Below, piece after piece: positions 58,396 to 64,000 of a DNA stretch of 64,000 bases. The notes below the pieces were generated by a model. It was not told the origin of the DNA. It saw nothing but the letters and a program-made list of their open reading frames with translations, and made no database searches. The stretch lies in contig CAVXZB010000084.1 of assembly GCA_963765895.1 (NCBI GenBank), positions 288,001 to 352,000 on the forward strand, in the 5' to 3' direction. The position numbers and the translations under genes are program-made. Each line of letters begins with the position of its first letter. Position 1 is the stretch's first letter. The stretch comes from an uncultured Nitrososphaeraceae archaeon. Lineage in GTDB: Archaea > Thermoproteota > Nitrososphaeria > Nitrososphaerales > Nitrososphaeraceae.

Positions 58396-58439
58396 GAAAG
58401 AAAAAAGAAAAAGAACGGTTTCCCTTTCGGGATTAGTCG
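58396..58439 (-). terminator. GAAA-tetraloop hairpin plus U-tract downstream of GRP-8
   Basis: Identical to 57693-57736. Confidence 0.6.
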
Positions 58440-58468
58440 TTTTTATGTTAAGTTAGTTACTTACTAAC

Positions 58469-58792
58469 TTAGTGGTTATGACTGTTGGCGCCGCATCTGT
58501 TGTTGCAAGCGTTACCGCCATTAGCATTTCCGCCGTCTCCGCCGTTAGCATCTCCGCCATTAGCATGTTGATGGTTGCCGCCGCCTGCGTGCTCTACTGA
58601 GTTCTCGCCGCCGTTTCCAGCTACACCGCCAGCTCCGCCAGCTCCGCCAATGCCACCGTCGCCACCGATTGCGCGTTGATCAGCATATGCATTGCTTGTT
58701 GCTAGTGTTAGTGCAAGTGCACCTGCTACCATAATTCCGGCTACTGCCGCTACTAATACCATTGAAGTATTCTTGTTCATTGTAACAGTCAT
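58469..58792 (-). CDS. Secreted Gly-rich micro-protein, group B (GRP-8)
   Basis: Tandem paralogue of GRP-7, 107 aa, with a C-terminal CNNRC. Confidence 0.85.
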   Translation of the reverse strand: MTVTMNKNTSMVLVAAVAGIMVAGALALTLATSNAYADQRAIGGDGGIGGAGGAGGVAGNGGENSVEHAGGGNHQHANGGDANGGDGGNANGGNACNNRCGANSHNH

Positions 58793-59180
58793 GTCACAGA
58801 AGTAAGTTAATTAACTTTTTGGTTGATAATTCTGATTGATAATTCTGATTGATAATTCTAACTTACAATTTATACGAATAATTTTGAGAAACATTCGTAG
58901 CGTTATCAATTTTGTCTACTCGGATTTCGGAAATAGGTTAGAATGTTTAAGAATTTTGTAAGAGAATAAACTTTTTTCAGCATATATAAGAGTTTCCTTT
59001 TCTTTAGTCAGTTGTCTTGTATAGTTGTACAGAGGATGTTAGACTGAAAATTGCAATAAATTACTGTTGAAGAGGCCTTAGTACCGAGGTTACATTTTCA
59101 GATTTTTAGAGACAGGACGCTATAGGATACTCGTTAGGCTGATTATAAACACATGAGTATTAGTATTTTATCTTTTCAGT

Positions 59181-60133
59181 GGTTTTGCAGAAACCATGTA
59201 TTGAATGCCGTTAGAGTTACTTAGACTTATCCAATATAGGTATTGAAAATATCAAAATGTGTTAGCCGAGCAAACACTATGTACTGCATTTTGCGAAATT
59301 CAAGAATTCCCTTATTTCTTCACAAAATGTGCACTATATCTTTATGATATTGTAGCATTTAGTATTGCTCACAATAAAACAGTAAGACAGCACGAAGGAG
59401 TTATAGAATGTCTGTTGAGTGATGAATTGAAGCGCGTTACTTAACAAGATCTCTATGATTATCACGTATTTCTTATTTTACAACATTGCAGAAGTTTACA
59501 AAGCGGATTAACAATGCATTACTCGAAAAGATAATTTTGTCATTTGCTGTAATTAGCGGTACCAAGCATATATCTGCAGTAATAGATTCGACAGGATTCA
59601 ACATAACTCATGCTTCAGTGTTATAATGAACTAACAGAATTTAGAAGAAAGTATGTAAAATTATCTGTCTATTGGAGCTGACGTGCTGCAACAAATTATA
59701 CGTACGATTAACATAAAGCAAGCTCCTGCAGGACATTATAATGTGGATTTCAAACCCCATTATAACGAAAATATCAGGTATACTTCCATTACCTTTAGTT
59801 ACTGCATATGATAGTGAAGATAATCATTTATTGATATGAAAGGATTTACTGCATTCAATGTAATCCCAGCCCAATACAAACACATGTCATATGGATAACA
59901 CATAGTAAATACATAAAAGAGATGAAACGCACCGTTCCAAATTGCGGTCCAATCAACGAAACAAGAATAGATAAAACCATAATGTCAGCTAGAAAATGAC
60001 TACTTGGAGAGAATCTTATGTATAGATTGACTAGAGCGCAGAATAGGAATTGTCATTTAGATGTATGACATATAGCATGATTTACGTACAGACTGACTGA
60101 TCTTATAATATTAAGGATTTTTCTACAAAAGCC
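59181..60133 (+). mobile_element. Degenerate IS5-like (DDE_Tnp_1) insertion sequence
   Basis: Fragments AVIDSTGFNITHAS, RRKYVKLS, GADVLQQIIRTI, YDSEDNH, NQRNK and RAQNR. Eroded IRs GGTTTTGCAGAAACC / TTTCTACAAAAGCC. Confidence 0.72.
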
Positions 60134-60879
60134 CTTTTCAATATAGGAGTCTATTTTCAGCAGTCTCTGTCTCACAAGGTGAATAGGTACATAGATCTAT
60201 CAGAAAGTTTGTAGCTAAAGAGTCTAATCCGTTAGATAGTATATGGACTGTCCAAATGAAAAAGGCGTTGAAAAACGTGTTGAAAATCGCAAAAGAGGAA
60301 CATGGGGCCTGATAGAGCAGACAGGTGGGAGCTTCCCTTACAGATGATGAACTGAGGGTACTTTGACGATGTACTTATAAGTCAATGAGATGGCCTGTAC
60401 AGAACGAGACGGATAACAGGAATTGATAGGGTAGAAGAACAAGTTCCTCGCTTACAATTCTATTTCTACATATACTGCATTAGGCTAGACGCTCATAACT
60501 GGGATAGAATGAAGGGTTTGAATATAAAGACATTTACAACAGGAGGCAACGAACCCAAACTGAATAGAAGGTGTTCGCAAGAGACTAATATTTTTCAAGA
60601 ATTTGCTGACACTAATTAGTTAACACGTGATAGCTTTGGTGTGAGCATCGAATTGTAGCATTAAAGATATTATTGTCTCTCTTTATGGTACCACTGGTTC
60701 ATTTGGAATAGATTTGCCAGCGCGGTAACATTTGAGGAAATAAATAGATACTCACTCGAAGTATCGATAAAAAAAGAAGGACATTATTTAGAGATTGGGA
60801 GTTGAAGTAGTATGCGCCAACACCGACTTTTTAAGCTATAACATGACACACATTTTATAAGCCATCATTTGAACAAACT

Positions 60880-61103
60880 GTAGATAAGAAATTCAATAAT
60901 GGATCTAGGTACACTTTGCCCTATTAACCACGACCGTACCGATGCTAGCCCTTCCGGTATTTGCGGTAGTCGGCGCTAATGGTGGCACTGGCGCTGACGC
61001 TTCAAAAGCAGGAACAGGTCAAAATGGTGGTTCTAATGTGGTCTGCCATAGTCGAGGCCATCAATATCAATAGCACAACGGTGCTAATGCCCCCGGAACA
61101 TGA
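60880..61103 (+). pseudogene. Degraded secreted Gly-rich micro-protein gene
   Basis: ...FALLTTTVPMLALPVFA|VVGANGGTGADASKAGTGQNGGSNVVCHSRGHQYQ*HNGANAPGT*, with no intact start for the signal peptide. Confidence 0.5.
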
Positions 61104-61140
61104 GTTGCTGCTTGCAGCACTGGCTAAATTCACTCTCTTT

Positions 61141-62069
61141 CTAGGTAAAAAGATCTAGCCAACCCAAACTTGCGTCATTGTTTGCAACCAGATTGAGCTG
61201 CTTGATGGCTTGATTTTTCAGACGAATTTCGTTCACCTCCCTGGAAAGAGCTTGCTCGGAGCCTAACTGGTTTAAGAATTTGTTTATGCTGTATAGCAGC
61301 TCACTATTGCCCAGGTTCTTTAAAACCAATTGTTGAACAGGGGCCCCTATGAAGGACCAATCAGTACTTTGAATTATAATGTCTTAACTGCGGCATTTTC
61401 TTCATAGTGATTGTTTACAATAGATACGAAGAATCTTTGCCTATTTTCTTATTCGATGCAATGTCAATCTAGGGCTGCAATTCTTTTTATAAATACAAAT
61501 AATCATACCCATAGTGCCCTCTGGATATTCCAATCAGGATATCTTACAAGCTAATGATGCAGTAACAATGAAATCGGACATAATAGAGATTTTCGCCAGT
61601 AGGAGAGTCTATCATCATAGCTGCAAAATTGTAATATTACCATTTCCCATGGTTCTGTGCTCAAAGAAAGATATCTAAATTCAACAGCAAATTCATATCT
61701 ACCAGCAGGGGTAATCGATCGAGAAATTGTTCAATATTTTTGAAACGACTATAGTAAATAGAGAGATGTAGTAATATTGCATCTAATTTGTTTGCCGTTT
61801 CTAATGGAGGTATTCCTCGAAATATCTCAGAAGATATTATGGCTCGTTTTTGATATCGAGCCTATTGAGATAAATAACTGTTTCCGGCACTTTACAGAAA
61901 ATTGGAAATTTTTCCGGGGTTCAATTTGGTCATGCCGATATGTGTGCCCCTCCATCATACGCGAATAGAATTTTTCGTAAAAATTTGAATCCAGCTCTCC
62001 TGGGTTGAAGGATTGAGAAGAAGACTGAAACCTTTTGGCGTTCTTGTCAAGATATAATACCCTGTCCAT
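61141..62069 (-). pseudogene. Fragmented gene of unknown function
   Basis: Co-oriented ORF fragments 61827-62069 and 61141-61329 with protein-like pieces between them. Confidence 0.3.
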
Positions 62070-62240
62070 AGAGCATTATTTTTGGAGTGCTACATTTCTT
62101 ATTGGACATTTAAAATAAATAATAGACGATATCTCCAGGTGATTAAAAATTAGGGCGGTATCCCAGTCATCCTGTCCATCAATTAATTCAGAAATGTATT
62201 TACAATGAAAAGCTAATAGATTTTTTGACTATATAAAATG

Positions 62241-62784
62241 AAGATAAAATAGAGCAACATCTTAAAGGTTTACCTAAATTCTTGATTTTTATTTCTATGA
62301 ATATTTGGCTACTTTTATCTAGAAGAAATATTATGATAGCTAATTATAATTCAATAGTAAGAATCATCTTGCAGAAAGCACAAGTCTGAAAGTTAATTAA
62401 CTAATTACTTCTAAATGTTACTAACAAAAATGACTAAAAATACGTCAATAATATTGATTGCGGCAGTAGCCGGAATCATGATAGCAGGTGCACTCGCAGT
62501 AGCCATGCCATCAGCAGCGTTTGCAGATCAGCATAGTAAAGGAGACAAGGATCAGCATAAGAAAGGAGATACTGCCACAGCAGGCAACGGTGGCATAGGT
62601 GGAGCTGGCGGAGCTGGCGGTGTAGCTGGAAACGGCGGTTCTAACAAAGTTGAGCACGCAGGCGGCTTCAACCATCAAGATGCTAATGGCGGAGATGCCA
62701 ATGGCGGTGATGGCGGTGATGCAAACGGCGGTAACGCTTGCAACAACGAATGTCGTGCAAATAGCGACTAACTTAACATAAACT
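62241..62784 (+). repeat. Apparently identical >=544-bp duplication, copy 1 (copy 2 at 63457-64000, runs off the window)
   Basis: Offset 1216 bp; covers the promoter, the whole CDS and the start of the 3' UTR. Confidence 0.92.
62415..62771 (+). CDS. Secreted Gly-rich micro-protein, group B (GRP-9)
   Basis: GRP-6-type signal peptide (start likely 62430), a DQHSKGDK/DQHKKGD duplication, a GRP-7/8-type core and CNNEC. Confidence 0.85.
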   Translation: MLLTKMTKNTSIILIAAVAGIMIAGALAVAMPSAAFADQHSKGDKDQHKKGDTATAGNGGIGGAGGAGGVAGNGGSNKVEHAGGFNHQDANGGDANGGDGGDANGGNACNNECRANSD

Positions 62785-62825
62785 CGACTGATATCCCGAA
62801 AGGGATAGTCCTTTTTCTTTTCTCT
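62785..62825 (+). terminator. GAAA-tetraloop hairpin plus U-tract downstream of GRP-9
   Basis: CGACTGATATCCCGAAAGGGATAGTCCTTTTTCTTTTCTCT. Confidence 0.65.
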
Positions 62826-62924
62826 TAGAAATTAACAATTTGTGTAAGGTTTTTTGCATAAGATGAAGAGCTTTGCATGTATGGCTCACACAACAACCTT
62901 TTCGATGATCTCTTTGCTGCGCGC

Positions 62925-63300
62925 ACATACAAGTAAACTCAACCAATTCTTGATCTGCTTTAGCTTATAATCATTATCTCTCTTGCAAGGGAAATAATCA
63001 TCATCAAAACATTCAGTTCTATTTTTATTATTAACTGAATTATCCTTTCTATGAAGCCTTTTTCATTCTGGGAATGAGAATGATGGCGATATTTAATATT
63101 CAGGAATGTAGTAGATGGGTAGATACCAAGTGTCGCCATCTGTTGAAAGATTGTGTCTTCCATATTTTTTGATCAGAGATTATACAAATTATTCAGATAC
63201 AAACAAACGCATTTTTCAATGGGAATATAAATACTTGATTGTCGTATTGGTTGGCTTAATAGCAGCCCATAACCGTTTCTTGGATATAATTATAATGAGA
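62925..63300 (-). mobile_element. IS6-family transposase remnant
   Basis: Fragments LWAAIKP, SLIKKYGRHNLSTDGDTWY, EKGFIERIIQ and KDRTECFDDDYFPCKR...KQIKNWF. Confidence 0.72.
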
Positions 63301-63630
63301 ATGTCGGAAGTTTGTGGCTAAAGGTCTATCCATCAAGTAAACATTTCCATGCGTCTTTATCCCTTTGACTATCAAGTTCAAATACGAAAGAACGATTCGA
63401 ATATGTAGTTACACGGAAATGCAAATCATAATAGATCTTTTTGACTATCCAAAAGTAAGATAAAATAGAGCAACATCTTAAAGGTTTACCTAAATTCTTG
63501 ATTTTTATTTCTATGAATATTTGGCTACTTTTATCTAGAAGAAATATTATGATAGCTAATTATAATTCAATAGTAAGAATCATCTTGCAGAAAGCACAAG
63601 TCTGAAAGTTAATTAACTAATTACTTCTAA

Positions 63631-63987
63631 ATGTTACTAACAAAAATGACTAAAAATACGTCAATAATATTGATTGCGGCAGTAGCCGGAATCATGATAG
63701 CAGGTGCACTCGCAGTAGCCATGCCATCAGCAGCGTTTGCAGATCAGCATAGTAAAGGAGACAAGGATCAGCATAAGAAAGGAGATACTGCCACAGCAGG
63801 CAACGGTGGCATAGGTGGAGCTGGCGGAGCTGGCGGTGTAGCTGGAAACGGCGGTTCTAACAAAGTTGAGCACGCAGGCGGCTTCAACCATCAAGATGCT
63901 AATGGCGGAGATGCCAATGGCGGTGATGGCGGTGATGCAAACGGCGGTAACGCTTGCAACAACGAATGTCGTGCAAATAGCGACTAA
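63631..63987 (+). CDS. Secreted Gly-rich micro-protein, group B (GRP-10), identical to GRP-9
   Basis: Same 118-aa translation as 62415-62771. Confidence 0.85.
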   Translation: MLLTKMTKNTSIILIAAVAGIMIAGALAVAMPSAAFADQHSKGDKDQHKKGDTATAGNGGIGGAGGAGGVAGNGGSNKVEHAGGFNHQDANGGDANGGDGGDANGGNACNNECRANSD

Positions 63988-64000
63988 CTTAACATAAACT

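Noticed and set aside
57060-63987. RiPP precursor or diversity-generating retroelement explanation for the Gly-rich family
   Set aside because: The leaders look like Sec signal peptides, no maturase or reverse transcriptase is seen in the window, and the variation is not adenine-specific. Genes outside the window cannot be excluded.

Overview
AT-rich archaeal chromosome segment from a soil-type ammonia-oxidising archaeon (Nitrososphaerota, Nitrososphaerales-like). This is supported by an archaeal amoC, a TFB paralogue, aIF6, mqnD and AOA-typical small wHTH and zinc-finger genes. The first ~40 kb holds dispersed housekeeping and accessory genes: a CopC-CopD-beta-propeller copper gene, a matrixin-like protease, NUDIX, NitT/TauT ABC parts, acyl-CoA dehydrogenase, ferredoxin, pyrB, Lrp regulators, a cupredoxin, a PLP class-V enzyme, and amidase and SRPBCC pseudogenes. 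From ~40.5 kb to the end is a low-density island with remnants of IS481, IS110, IS5 (two) and IS6 elements. It encodes almost only secreted low-complexity proteins. The standout is a family of about 10 small genes plus one remnant for signal-peptide-bearing (Gly-Gly-X)n proteins. They share a GGDANGG-like motif, short flanking beta-strand or Cys segments, duplicated promoter and signal-peptide modules, a shared 3' GAAA-tetraloop hairpin, and clustered non-synonymous variation between recent duplicates. This is a candidate undescribed polyglycine-II extracellular matrix, ice-binding or fibre system. Several single-base frameshifts in otherwise intact genes may be assembly errors.
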